A stretch of DNA of 64,000 nucleotides from an uncultured Clostridia bacterium (lineage in GTDB: Bacteria; Bacillota; Clostridia; Oscillospirales; CAG-272): positions 1,695 to 65,694 of the forward strand of contig CANPFW010000002.1 of NCBI GenBank assembly GCA_947573405.1, written 5' to 3'. Below the pieces are notes generated by a model. That model did no database searches, had not been told where the DNA came from, and saw only the letters and a program-made list of their open reading frames with translations. Of the stretch, positions 26,507-36,711 are shown in pieces; the stretch's first letter is position 1; each line of letters opens with the position of its first letter. Made by a program: the position numbers and the translations under genes.

Positions 26507-27568
26507 ATGTCTACAATCAAAATTGCCATAATTGGATGCGGATGCATCGCAAGATCATCCCATATCCCTTGTTATATGGCAGCACAGGATGCTGAAATCA
26601 AATATTTCTGCGATATTATCCCGGAAAAAGCACAGGCATGTGTGGAAGAACAGGGCTGCGGAATCGCAATCACCGATTACCATGTGGCGCTGGAGGATCC
26701 GGAAATTGATGCAATCTCCGTTTGCACACCCAACCAGATGCACAGCGTAATTTCCATTGACGCGATGCGTGCCGGCAAGCACGTTCTTTGTGAAAAGCCT
26801 ACCGCGCGGGTTTACAGCGAAGCACTGGAAATGCAGAAGGTGCAAAAGGAAACGGGTAAAGTGCTGAACATCGGTGTTGTCTGCCGATTCCATGAAGCGG
26901 TTAATCAGGTTCGGCGGCGCATCCTTGACGGGGAGCTTGGCGAGGTATACCACGTATTCATTAACTTCCGCAGTCACAGAAGTATACCGGGCATCGGCGG
27001 CGCATTTACCACAAAAAGCATATCCGGCGGCGGCGTGCTCATTGACTGGGGCGTACACCGCTTGGATCAGGTGCTGTACTGTGTAGGAGATCCGGATCCG
27101 ATTTCCGTAACCGGTGCGGCATACTCCAAGCTTGGGAAAGATATCCCGAACTACGTTTACCGGAGCATGTGGAGTGAAAACACCCGGGATGTAAACGGCA
27201 CCTATGATGTTGAGGACTCTGTGTCCGCGTTTATCCGGACTACCGGTCCAGTCATCACGATGGAGGGTGCATGGGCACAGAATATCGAGGAAGAAGAACA
27301 GTATTTGGACTTTATCGGCACCAAGGCAGGGATCCGTCTGCAATACTGCGGAAATTATAAGGTATATGGTACACGGAATGGGGAACTGTTTACAGAAGAT
27401 GTAGAAATTCCGGAAATCAACATGTACCAGCGGGAAGTCGACGCTTTCCTCCACTGTATCCGCACCGGAGAGAAGGAACGCTCCCACATCGATTATGCGA
27501 TTAAAACGTCCAAAATTATGCAGGGAATTTACGACTCCTCAAGGGATGGCAAGGAAATCGTTTTTTAA
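26507..27568 (+). CDS. Gfo/Idh/MocA-family NAD(P)-dependent oxidoreductase
   Basis: Start at MSTIKIAIIGCGCIARSSH (GGACAGGAGGG upstream). Rossmann fold plus the LCEKP motif of the family. Confidence 0.9.
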   Translation: MSTIKIAIIGCGCIARSSHIPCYMAAQDAEIKYFCDIIPEKAQACVEEQGCGIAITDYHVALEDPEIDAISVCTPNQMHSVISIDAMRAGKHVLCEKPTARVYSEALEMQKVQKETGKVLNIGVVCRFHEAVNQVRRRILDGELGEVYHVFINFRSHRSIPGIGGAFTTKSISGGGVLIDWGVHRLDQVLYCVGDPDPISVTGAAYSKLGKDIPNYVYRSMWSENTRDVNGTYDVEDSVSAFIRTTGPVITMEGAWAQNIEEEEQYLDFIGTKAGIRLQYCGNYKVYGTRNGELFTEDVEIPEINMYQREVDAFLHCIRTGEKERSHIDYAIKTSKIMQGIYDSSRDGKEIVF

Positions 27569-27580
27569 TCTGCACAAACA

Positions 27581-28070
27581 AAAAAGGCTCCCACATAGGG
27601 AGCCAAATCCCCCCTTGTGCAAAGGGGGGATTTTTTAATTTAATGCTGTACAACAAGTTCTCTATGGAGACACGTAGTGGATCCTCACATGGGAGCCAGT
27701 ACGAACTAAAGCCTCCTTTGTGCAAAAAGAGGTGGCACAGCCTAATCATCCACCAATTCTAAGCCCCCCTTGTGCAAAGGGGGGTGTCACACCGCAGGCG
27801 TGACGGGGGGATTGTTTCGTTAGACAGCCGATTTGAAGATACTACAAAACGATAGTTTTACAATCCCTCAGTCACAGCAAAGCTGTGCCAGCCCCCTTTG
27901 CACAAGGGGGCCATTTTTAATATGAGTGCTACGCGGGAGTTCCCTTTGCTGGGGGGAGCCTTTTTAATATGGGTGCTACGTGGGAGCCCCCTTTGCTAGG
28001 GGGGAGCCTTTTATTGGTACAAGCTATGCCGTCTCCCTTTGGAGCCGCACAGCGGATCCTCCTCACATGT
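27581..28070 (+). repeat. mosaic intergenic repeat, locus R7: ~490-bp array (E-like, A, G, A, A, B, C, D, E, F, F, G)
   Basis: Arms GGGGGGATTGT 27805-27815 and ACAATCCCTC 27860-27869. G boxes at ~27660-27697 and ~28040-28070. Two tandem F units at 27921-28010. Fills essentially the whole 525-bp convergent intergenic region. Confidence 0.9.
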
Positions 28071-28093
28071 AGTCTTTTTGTTGTGCTTTTTCC

Positions 28094-29974
28094 TTACTCC
28101 TTCAAAGACAAATAAATCACCAGCACGGAAATATCCGCTGGACTGACGCCGGATATCCTGGACGCCTGTCCGAGAGATGCTGGCTTTGCCTCCTGCAATT
28201 TCTGCATTGCTTCCAACCGCAGTCCCTTGATTTTTGTATAATCCAAATCTGACGGCAGCGCTTTTTCTTCCATCTTCTTCTGCTTTTTCGCCTGTGCCTG
28301 CTGCCGGGTAATATATCCTGCGTATTTGATCTCCGTTTCCACTGTGCGGATCACATCCTCCGGCAAATCCGGCCGCTCCGGATCCGCCGGTGCCAAAGTG
28401 TCATAGGAAACCTGCGGGCGGCGGAGCAGATCCGCCAGCTTTGCACCGGTGGAAATCTCACTGCTTCCCACAGATACAAGGATCCCGTTGGCTGCTGACG
28501 GCGACACGTTTGTATGCTCCAGACGGGCAATTTCCGTATCCTCCCGACGGCACTTCTCCAGCACATCCGCATATCGTACATCATCAATCAGCCCTGCCGC
28601 TCTGCCATATTCCAGCAAACGTCGATCCGCATTATCCTGACGGAGCATCAGCCGGTATTCTGAGCGGGAGGTCATAATCCGATACGGCTCGTTCGTGCCT
28701 TTCGTCACCAGGTCATCAATCAGTGTACCGATATAAGAGGAATACCGGGGCAAGATGACCGGCGGGCGCCCTTCTAACATGGCAGCGGCATTGATTCCCG
28801 CAATCAGTCCCTGTACAGCGGCCTCCTCATACCCGGAAGATCCGTTAAACTGCCCCGCACCAAACAACCCTTCAATATCTTTAAATGCAAGCGTTGGATA
28901 CAGTTGGGTCGGATCAGCACAGTCGTATTCGATTGCATAAGCATATCGCATGATCTGCGCTTCTTCAAATCCGGGCAGACTGCGGAGCATTTCATACTGC
29001 ACCTCTGCAGGGAGAGAAGAGGAAAATCCCTGAAGATAAATTTCCTCCGTATCGACTCCCATAGGTTCAACAAAAAGCTGATGCCGTTCTTTATCGGCGA
29101 ACCGCACCACCTTATCTTCAATAGAAGGACAGTATCGGGGACCCGTTCCATGAATCTGTCCGGAATACAGGGGAGAGCGATACAGATTGTCCCGGATGAT
29201 CTGGTGGGTACGCCCGCTTGTGTATACGATATAGCAAGGAAGTTGTTTGATTGCATTCAGACGCGCACAATCCGTCCGATAGGAAAAGGGGGTAATATGT
29301 TCTTCCCCGTCCTGCCGTTCGAGCCTGGAAAAATCAATAGAAGCCCGGTGCACTCTGGGAGGGGTTCCCGTTTTAAACCGTGCAAGGCGAACTCCATTTT
29401 CTCGCAGAGATGTGCTCAGCTCTCCTGCCGGAAGAATTCCGTCCGGACCTGCGTTGCGCCGCACTTCTCCCACATGGGTTGTACCGCCAAGATATGTACC
29501 GCTGGATAAAATAATGGCCCTTGCCCGGTATTCCCCTCCGGGAGCCGCAATGACACCCCGCACACGTTTTTTCCCGGACGCAGTTTCCGTAAGAATACTG
29601 CACACTTCCCCCTGGATCAGGGAAAGATGAGGCGTATTTTCCAAAACCCGCTTCATCCGTTTGCTGTAGGCAATTCTGTCCGCCTGCACCCGCTTGGACT
29701 GCACCGCTGCGCCTTTTCCCGTATTCAGTGTACGGGACTGAATGGTGCTGCAGTCTGCACAGTACCCCATTTCGCCGCCAAGTGCATCCAATTCAAACAC
29801 CAGATGCCCTTTCCCCGTTCCACCTACAGAAGGGTTGCAGGGCATATTTGCCACCGCATCCAGACTGATTGTAAACACTGCCGTATCCAAACCGCGGCGG
29901 GCACAGGCAAGTGCAGCTTCCACACCGGCGTGACCCGCACCCACTACGATCACATCAAAATCATGCAATGCCAT
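28094..29974 (-). CDS. mnmG: tRNA uridine-5-carboxymethylaminomethyl synthesis enzyme MnmG (GidA)
   Basis: 626 aa. FDVIVVGAGHAGVEAA FAD fold and conserved GidA blocks throughout. Confidence 0.97.
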   Translation of the reverse strand: MALHDFDVIVVGAGHAGVEAALACARRGLDTAVFTISLDAVANMPCNPSVGGTGKGHLVFELDALGGEMGYCADCSTIQSRTLNTGKGAAVQSKRVQADRIAYSKRMKRVLENTPHLSLIQGEVCSILTETASGKKRVRGVIAAPGGEYRARAIILSSGTYLGGTTHVGEVRRNAGPDGILPAGELSTSLRENGVRLARFKTGTPPRVHRASIDFSRLERQDGEEHITPFSYRTDCARLNAIKQLPCYIVYTSGRTHQIIRDNLYRSPLYSGQIHGTGPRYCPSIEDKVVRFADKERHQLFVEPMGVDTEEIYLQGFSSSLPAEVQYEMLRSLPGFEEAQIMRYAYAIEYDCADPTQLYPTLAFKDIEGLFGAGQFNGSSGYEEAAVQGLIAGINAAAMLEGRPPVILPRYSSYIGTLIDDLVTKGTNEPYRIMTSRSEYRLMLRQDNADRRLLEYGRAAGLIDDVRYADVLEKCRREDTEIARLEHTNVSPSAANGILVSVGSSEISTGAKLADLLRRPQVSYDTLAPADPERPDLPEDVIRTVETEIKYAGYITRQQAQAKKQKKMEEKALPSDLDYTKIKGLRLEAMQKLQEAKPASLGQASRISGVSPADISVLVIYLSLKE

Positions 29975-30000
29975 GCTGTAAAATTTCCTTTCCGGAACAC

Positions 30001-31740
30001 TTATGACGCCGCCGGCGTCATTTTCTGATAGATTTCCCAGCCGTCCTGTTCGCTGTATGCAACCACCGTACCGCTGGAAACATTGGAAATATAATTATAT
30101 TTGCAGGGAAGCACATATTCCCCTGCCGTATTGATTGCACCGTATTTTCCATCCTGCTGCACCACTGCAACGCCTTCCAGAAAAGGCTTTGCATCTGTCA
30201 CTTCTGGTTGGAGAATCCACGCGCCTGTATTGGTTAAATATCCGTACAAACCATCCTTTTCCAACAGGAGAATGCCATCGGAATAAGACACCAGCCGGTA
30301 TCCCACCGGGATGCTAAACTGTTCACCGTTCGGATATACCAACACATCTTCATCGGAAACAATACGGATCATATTCAGGTCGGTAAAATGATACCGGTCA
30401 TACGCTTGAATGCGCAGGCGCATAAGCCCATGATCGAAATAGTAGCTGCCAAGGGCGTCAATCCCCCGGGAAAGCGGCTCTACAAACCGTTCGTTTGCAG
30501 ACCAGCCCTCGCTGCTGACGTAGTTCTTACGGGAAGAAAACATCTCCCGCCCTGCTTCATCGACAACCCGCATCTCGTTGCTGACAACTTCAAAATACCG
30601 ATTCTCCGTCACGCCGTTTTCCTTCACGTTATTATAATAATCCCAATGGATATCCTGCATCACTGCGGCATATCCGCCCCGCATGGCATAGGCCCGGGTA
30701 TAGGGGAATACCGTTTCTTCATTCTCCAAGTCCGGTTCCTCTGTGGCAAACAGCCACTGGGAAAGTTTTTGCAAAGAGGTATTCCATTTCAGATCCGTTA
30801 CGACTTTGGTGATTTTCTTATAATACCGGTTGTACCTACTATCGGAATTTCCATAGTAAGCCGGGTAATCAAAATACAGTCCCCGTCCGTCTACAGAATC
30901 ATCATAATCCGATTCTACAAAGGTTCGCCCATCCGAACCAAGGTAATAATACTTTTTATCCTCCACACGGATGGTGCTCGTCTGAAGCCACTCCTGATTG
31001 CCTTCCTCATCCGGCTCGCCCAGCTCTGTGGGATAGGTCATCGTATAGGAATACGGCGAATAAAACAGGGGACGACCTTCCACATCTCTGGTGTACGCAG
31101 GAATATACTGCTCGTCATTATACTGCCGAAGCGGCACGCCGTCCGGTCCCAGAATATACAAGGTTCCCCGGTCGTCATACAAAATGTATCCCATATACAT
31201 TTCCAGCGCGGGGCGTCGGTCCACAGCGCGCACCACTTGACGCTGGGATTCCGTACCGTCTTCAAAATAAATCAGTTCTTCCTTGTCATAGGTTTTCTGG
31301 GAGTATGAAAACGCCCGGGGCATCGCGTAAAATGTGTCCAACAGTGCAAATTGACAATTATCCGAATATACCGCGTCCGTCAGCACCCATCCCTGTTCCC
31401 GCAGGGCGGACACAGTGGAAAATTCCATGTCTGTTACCGGTCTGCGGGGCGGTCTTGGTTTGGAACTGCTGCTGCCTGAGTTGCCGGAAGGTTTTTTGTT
31501 CGGTTTTTCCGGTTCTGCCGGCTCGGTTGTCACAGCATCGCCGGGTTCCTGTTTCTCCTTTCCGAATAGGACTTCATACAGCTTATCAATATGATTTTCC
31601 CATTCGGCAGGTCGTTTCAAAAAGGAAACGTCATACACACCCAGATAGTACAGACCAAAAAGAAGCACCACAAAAACGGCGCATAAAATCGCCGGCAGTT
31701 TCCTTTTCAGTTGCAGTTTCAAACGCTCGGTAGTTTTCAA
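30001..31740 (-). CDS. membrane-anchored WG-repeat (KWG) protein, function unknown
   Basis: N-terminal TM (LPAILCAVFVVLLFGLYYLGV). C-terminal WG repeats (DGLYGYLTNTGAWIL..., DGKYGAINTAGEYVLPCKY). Confidence 0.7.
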   Translation of the reverse strand: MKTTERLKLQLKRKLPAILCAVFVVLLFGLYYLGVYDVSFLKRPAEWENHIDKLYEVLFGKEKQEPGDAVTTEPAEPEKPNKKPSGNSGSSSSKPRPPRRPVTDMEFSTVSALREQGWVLTDAVYSDNCQFALLDTFYAMPRAFSYSQKTYDKEELIYFEDGTESQRQVVRAVDRRPALEMYMGYILYDDRGTLYILGPDGVPLRQYNDEQYIPAYTRDVEGRPLFYSPYSYTMTYPTELGEPDEEGNQEWLQTSTIRVEDKKYYYLGSDGRTFVESDYDDSVDGRGLYFDYPAYYGNSDSRYNRYYKKITKVVTDLKWNTSLQKLSQWLFATEEPDLENEETVFPYTRAYAMRGGYAAVMQDIHWDYYNNVKENGVTENRYFEVVSNEMRVVDEAGREMFSSRKNYVSSEGWSANERFVEPLSRGIDALGSYYFDHGLMRLRIQAYDRYHFTDLNMIRIVSDEDVLVYPNGEQFSIPVGYRLVSYSDGILLLEKDGLYGYLTNTGAWILQPEVTDAKPFLEGVAVVQQDGKYGAINTAGEYVLPCKYNYISNVSSGTVVAYSEQDGWEIYQKMTPAAS

Positions 31741-31772
31741 CGCTTTGTACCTTTTCCTCGCTTGCAGGATAA

Positions 31773-32255
31773 TTACTTATGATAAGGGGATCCCCGCCGG
31801 ATTTCTGTACATCGGTAGATACATTCGTACAGCATAACCCGCGCCAATTGGTGCGGGAATGTAAGCGCCGACATAGAAAACCGAAGATTTGCGGCTTTCT
31901 TCACCCGCTCCGACAATCCATGAGATGATCCGATAATAAAGCAAAGCTCGCTGGCGCCGGCAGTGATTTTTTCATCAATCAGTGCGGACAGCGCCGGTGA
32001 AGTATATTGCTTCCCTTCCACGCACAGCGCCACTGTAAACGCCCGGGGTGGAATCTGAGCTAGAATCTGATCCGCCTCCCGTTCCAGTGCAGCCGCAATT
32101 TCTCCCTGCGCCGGATCCCTGCACATGCGCACTTCTTTCAATTCTATTTCCTGCACATTACAGGAATGAGAAAGCCGTTTTTTATATTCATCACAGGCAG
32201 CGCGCCAATGGGGTTCCGTAAGCTGCCCTAAAACAATCAGTTTTAATTTCATCAT
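31773..32255 (-). CDS. rlmH: 23S rRNA pseudouridine1915-N3 methyltransferase
   Basis: Start at MMKLKLIVLG (32255), ATGA overlap with the upstream MBL gene stop. SPOUT-family C-terminus (FIIGSSHGLS...SMSALTFPHQL). Confidence 0.92.
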   Translation of the reverse strand: MMKLKLIVLGQLTEPHWRAACDEYKKRLSHSCNVQEIELKEVRMCRDPAQGEIAAALEREADQILAQIPPRAFTVALCVEGKQYTSPALSALIDEKITAGASELCFIIGSSHGLSERVKKAANLRFSMSALTFPHQLARVMLYECIYRCTEIRRGSPYHK

Positions 32256-33085
32256 AACGCCGCAGAAGCCTCCCGGCAAATCCACTCCTGCCGATTTTGC
32301 CCGCCAAAGTCCTCCACACATCCCGGAAGATCCCGTTTTGCCACAGAAAGCGCGGTATTCTGATGCCCGTTTTGATCCAATGCAACGCGTACAGTTTCAA
32401 ACGCCGCACGGGGCGTATTATTCTCATGGCTAAGGTGCGCCAAAATGATGCGCTCCGTTTCATTATCCGCAAGTCCGCAGCAAAGTCCTGCGCAGTCCAC
32501 ATTGGAAAGATGCCCAAACCGGGAAAGAATCCGCTGCTTCAATGGAAAGGGATAGGGACCCAGGCGAAGCATATCCAGATCGTGGTTTGCTTCCAGCACC
32601 ACTGTCCGGCAGCGGCGCAGATTATTATATGCATCCATAGTTGCATATCCCATATCGGTAGCAACGCCGGCTGTATCGCCGTCCGCAGACACAAACACAT
32701 ATCCCACGTGTCCTGCACTGTCATGAGGCAAGGGGAAGGAACGGACTGTCAGGTCGCCGACCTGCTCCTCATACAGCAAACCCGGATGCACCTGCGCAGC
32801 AGCCGCGGCACTCTGTCCCCGGCACAGCTCCGGCGCGGACAGGAATGTCACATGAATCGGTATAAAATGCCGGCGCATCATCACATCCAGCGCGCTGATG
32901 TGATCTCTATGCTCATGGGTTACAAAGACAGCGGAAAGATCAGAAAGAGACATGCCTAGCGCTTCCAAAGATGTGCAAACCGCTTTGCAGTTTTTTCCGG
33001 CATCCACCAGCACAGCGGTTTTTTCCGTCCGAATCAGCGTACAGTTTCCGGAAGAGCCGGAAAACAGGGTTTCTACTGTGATCAT
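32252..33085 (-). CDS. MBL-fold metallo-hydrolase (YycJ/WalJ-like)
   Basis: HEHRDH metal motif and an N-terminal SGSSGNC block. Confidence 0.88.
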   Translation of the reverse strand: MITVETLFSGSSGNCTLIRTEKTAVLVDAGKNCKAVCTSLEALGMSLSDLSAVFVTHEHRDHISALDVMMRRHFIPIHVTFLSAPELCRGQSAAAAAQVHPGLLYEEQVGDLTVRSFPLPHDSAGHVGYVFVSADGDTAGVATDMGYATMDAYNNLRRCRTVVLEANHDLDMLRLGPYPFPLKQRILSRFGHLSNVDCAGLCCGLADNETERIILAHLSHENNTPRAAFETVRVALDQNGHQNTALSVAKRDLPGCVEDFGGQNRQEWICREASAAL

Positions 33086-34479
33086 ACCTCTGCTTCTCCA
33101 ACCAGGTCATAGTCCATTGCCTCTGTAATGTGCACGGAAACAAATTCTCCTTCCTGCACCTGACGGGGTGCGGAGAACCAGATTTTTCCGTCAATTTCCG
33201 GGGCTTCTCTATAACTTCTTCCATAATAAGACTCAGACACCGGATCAAATCCCTCGCAGAGAACCTGCACAGTTTTCCCGATCAGAGATTGCTGAAACGC
33301 TTCGCTGACGGTCAGCTGATGCCGCATGAGAATGTCGTACCGCTCCTGCTTTACATCCTCATCAATCTGATCTTCCATAGAATATGCAGGCGTATCTTCT
33401 TCTCTGGAATAGGGGAAGGCGCCGAACCGTACGAAAGGTCCCTCGCTGACAAACTGGCACAGCTGCTCAAAATCTTCTTTGCTCTCGCCGGGGAATCCCA
33501 CAATTGCAGTAGAGCGGATGACGATATCCGGCATTGCTTCCTTCAGCCGGCGGACAGCATCCCGCACGCAGGCGCTGTCTCCGTGACGGTTCATAGCAGT
33601 CAGCATTCTGTCGCTGATATGCTGCACCGGCAGATCAATATATTTTACGATGCGGTCATTATTCTGCATTTCTGCAATCAGTTCCTCTGTTATTTTATCC
33701 GGATAGCAATATAAAATCCGGATCCAGGGAATTTTTGTGTTTTCTGTAATAGCACGCAGAAGCTTTGGAAGGGCGTACTCGCCATAAAGATCCAGCCCGT
33801 ACACAGTCGTATCCTGTGCGATAACCACAAGCTCCTTTATGCCCATGTCGTCCAGTCCTTTGGCTTCCTGTACGATATCCTCAATGGGACGGCTGCACAA
33901 ATCCCCCCGGATAGACGGGATCGCACAGTAGGCACAGCGGTTATTGCAACCTTCTGAAATTTTTATGTAAGCATATGCTTCGCCGGTTGTAACAATCCGG
34001 TCACCACCGAGACTGCAAGCATCCTTGGCAGGCAGGCAGCAATATTTTTCTTTTCCCCCAGCCAATGCCTGCGCTACAGCTTCTTCAATTTTGTCGATAC
34101 TTCCAACGCCGATGACGGCGTCGATTTCCGGCATTTCCTCCAAAAGCTGTTCCCGGTACCGTTCCGGGAGACATCCTGCCACAACCAGCCCCTTCAGGGA
34201 TCCGTGTTCCTTCAGCCATGCAATATCCAAAATATTGTCAATGGCTTCCTTTTTTGCGCTTTCAATAAATGCGCAGGTATTGACGATTACTACATCCGCC
34301 TCTGTTTCCTCCGGGGTAATTTCATACCCTGCCTCCATAAGACGGTGGAGCATTACCTCTGTATCACAAAGATTTTTTGCGCATCCAAGGGAAACAAACC
34401 CTACTTTTCCTTTACTGTTCTGTGCCAAATTTTTGATCCGTTCCTTTCTATGGGACTTTTTTGTGCTGGATTTCTGCAA
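33082..34479 (-). CDS. rimO: ribosomal protein S12 methylthiotransferase
   Basis: UPF0004 N-domain (VGFVSLGCAKNLCDTE), radical-SAM CNNRCAYCAIP and a TRAM C-terminus. Confidence 0.93.
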   Translation of the reverse strand: MQKSSTKKSHRKERIKNLAQNSKGKVGFVSLGCAKNLCDTEVMLHRLMEAGYEITPEETEADVVIVNTCAFIESAKKEAIDNILDIAWLKEHGSLKGLVVAGCLPERYREQLLEEMPEIDAVIGVGSIDKIEEAVAQALAGGKEKYCCLPAKDACSLGGDRIVTTGEAYAYIKISEGCNNRCAYCAIPSIRGDLCSRPIEDIVQEAKGLDDMGIKELVVIAQDTTVYGLDLYGEYALPKLLRAITENTKIPWIRILYCYPDKITEELIAEMQNNDRIVKYIDLPVQHISDRMLTAMNRHGDSACVRDAVRRLKEAMPDIVIRSTAIVGFPGESKEDFEQLCQFVSEGPFVRFGAFPYSREEDTPAYSMEDQIDEDVKQERYDILMRHQLTVSEAFQQSLIGKTVQVLCEGFDPVSESYYGRSYREAPEIDGKIWFSAPRQVQEGEFVSVHITEAMDYDLVGEAEV

Positions 34480-34496
34480 GCTTTATCTGCCTTTAT

Positions 34497-34830
34497 GCCT
34501 CCCTTGTGCAAAGGGAGTGGCTTGCCCTTTCTCCTATGTAAGCCCCCCTTGTGCAAAGGGGGGTGTCGCGGCATAGCCGTGACGGGGGATTGTTTACATA
34601 GACTGCCGATTTGCAGATTGTCCAAAGTGATCGTTTTACAATCCCTCAGTCGCTACCGCGACAGCTCCCTTTGCACAAGGGAGCCTTTTTATATTTGTGC
34701 TGCGCGGCAGCCCCTTTGCCGGGGGCCTTTTATAGTTTGCGCTGTACGACAGTTCCTTTGCCGGGGGCCTTTTTATAGTTTGCGCTGTGCGGGAGTTCTC
34801 TATGGAGCCACGTAGTGGATCCTCACATGA
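34497..34830 (+). repeat. mosaic intergenic repeat, locus R8 (A-A-B-C-D-E-F-F-G)
   Basis: Arms GGGGGATTGT 34584-34593 and ACAATCCCTC 34638-34647. B = GTCGCGGC-ATA-GCCGTGAC. D = GTCGC-TACC-GCGAC. Two tandem F units. G box CCACGTAGTGGATCCTCACATG. Confidence 0.9.
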
Positions 34831-34841
34831 GACTTTTTCGT

Positions 34842-35495
34842 TTATACTATGCCAGCAGTTTCATCTTTAAGCTCCAGCTCCTCAAACGCCCGCTGGATCT
34901 CCCCAAAAGAAAATCCCAAACGGGACAGAGCCGCAATCCGCTTCTGCTTCTCTTTATCATCTGTACAGGGGGTGGAATATTTTTTCTCAACAAGCTGCAT
35001 CAAAGATGCAAAATATTCCTCATCACTCAGAGAATTCAGCGCGTTCATTACCGCATCATGGCAGTACCCCCTGCCCATCAGTTCCGCGGCAATGCGCTTT
35101 TTGCCCCAGTGCTTGCTTTTGCAGTAGAATCGGGCAATACGCAGCGTCTGATCCGTCTCCCGGATATATCCTTTTTCTATCATATAGTCTGCCGCCCTCT
35201 CACATACGGACCGGTCAAATCCAAACCGCATCAGCCGGTGAATTAACCGCATTCGACTGTAGTCGGAGTTTGCCAGCATTCCCTCCGCCCGGGCGATTGC
35301 CTGACAATACTGCGCCGTACTGCACAACTGCGCCATACGCTCCTCGTCCAGAATGTCTCCAGCCTGCAGCCTTTCTTCCAGCCACAGGGAAGGCTTGAAC
35401 AGCAGGGTTTTCTCCGTCCCGTCCCCATCATCGCAGGACAACACGGCGGAAATCCCCGCCCGGGTTTCATATACGTCCGTGATTTGATACTGCAT
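34842..35495 (-). CDS. recX: recombination regulator RecX
   Basis: 217 aa. Three-helix-repeat layout and RecX-like C-terminal repeats (KKRIAAELMGRGY..., KQKRIAALSRLGFSFGEI). Confidence 0.8.
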   Translation of the reverse strand: MQYQITDVYETRAGISAVLSCDDGDGTEKTLLFKPSLWLEERLQAGDILDEERMAQLCSTAQYCQAIARAEGMLANSDYSRMRLIHRLMRFGFDRSVCERAADYMIEKGYIRETDQTLRIARFYCKSKHWGKKRIAAELMGRGYCHDAVMNALNSLSDEEYFASLMQLVEKKYSTPCTDDKEKQKRIAALSRLGFSFGEIQRAFEELELKDETAGIV

Positions 35496-35538
35496 ATTTC
35501 CTCCCCCATTCTATCCACAGTGCAAAGCACCGTGCTAT

Positions 35539-36684
35539 TTATATGTACGTACGTCCGTTTTCCGGCGACAGGATTTTTCCGTCCTGCACATGCAGCATCC
35601 TGACTGCATCCGCCGTGCCTGTATCAAAATATGCCGGCTCACAGGAAGTTACAATAATCTGCCGTCCTGTAAGCGAACGGAGAATAAACTCCCTGCGCTG
35701 TGCGTCCAGTTCACTAAGTACATCGTCCAGCAAAAATACCGGATATTCGCCGCCGACCGTTTTTGCCATTTCCCCTTCCGCCAGCTTCATCGCCAACGCA
35801 AGACTGCGCTGCTGCCCCTGGGATGCATAACTGCGGGCTTCCCGTTCGTTCAGCCGAATACTGATATCATCTTTATGAATGCCGTACAAAGTAGCACCGT
35901 ACCGGATCTCCCGCTCAATAGAGCCGGTAAGCGCGGCGAACAGCCGCTCCTCGCCGGCACTGCGAATCTCTGCAGCGTCAGCCGCATCTTCCGACAGGGC
36001 GCCCGACTGGTATGTAAGACGGGGAACCTCCTGCCCTGCCGTCATTCCGGCAAAAATATCTGCCACATATTTTTCCAGGCTGCGCATATAAGTGAAGCGC
36101 CGCACAGCAATATCCGCCCCCAGCTGCGCCAGCTGCCGTGCATATACCTCCCAAACCGCCATATCTCCTATAGCGCCGGATTTAATCAGCGCATTGCGCT
36201 GTGCAAGAATCCGGTTGTATCGGGAAAGACTGTCCAAATATGCGGGATAAAGCTGGGACAGTGCAATATCTAAAAAGCTGCGCCGCAGCGCGGGTCCGCC
36301 GCCCACCAAAGAAAGGTGCAGAGGACAAAACAGCACCGCACGAAATGAACCGATCATCTCCCGAACGCCGGACAGCCGTGCTCCGCCCCGCCGGAGAACT
36401 TTCTTTCCCGTATGGGGCAAATCTGCTTCCAGCGTTACAGGATGCTGGGCACCGTCCATCTGAAAGGTCAGGGACATCTGCGCCTGCTTTTCCCCGAACC
36501 GGATCATTTCGCGTTCCCGCGCTCCCCTAAAAGACCGTCCTCTGGCAAAAAAGTAGATTCCTTCCAGAATATTGGACTTTCCCTGGGCATTATCGCCGAA
36601 CAGCACATTGACGCCATCGGAAAAAGAAACTGTCTCCAACGAAATATTCCGGTAATTGCAGAACGAAATGCTGCTGCAAATCAA
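35539..36684 (-). CDS. recF: DNA replication and repair protein RecF
   Basis: TTG start with GAGAGGGA upstream. NVLFGDNAQGKSNILEGI Walker A, SQGQQRSLALAMKLAE signature and FLLDDVLSELD Walker B. Collinear with B. subtilis RecF as I recall it. Confidence 0.9.
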   Translation of the reverse strand: MICSSISFCNYRNISLETVSFSDGVNVLFGDNAQGKSNILEGIYFFARGRSFRGAREREMIRFGEKQAQMSLTFQMDGAQHPVTLEADLPHTGKKVLRRGGARLSGVREMIGSFRAVLFCPLHLSLVGGGPALRRSFLDIALSQLYPAYLDSLSRYNRILAQRNALIKSGAIGDMAVWEVYARQLAQLGADIAVRRFTYMRSLEKYVADIFAGMTAGQEVPRLTYQSGALSEDAADAAEIRSAGEERLFAALTGSIEREIRYGATLYGIHKDDISIRLNEREARSYASQGQQRSLALAMKLAEGEMAKTVGGEYPVFLLDDVLSELDAQRREFILRSLTGRQIIVTSCEPAYFDTGTADAVRMLHVQDGKILSPENGRTYI

Positions 36685-36711
36685 AATTTTCCCTCTCTAT
36701 GTATCTTTCTT

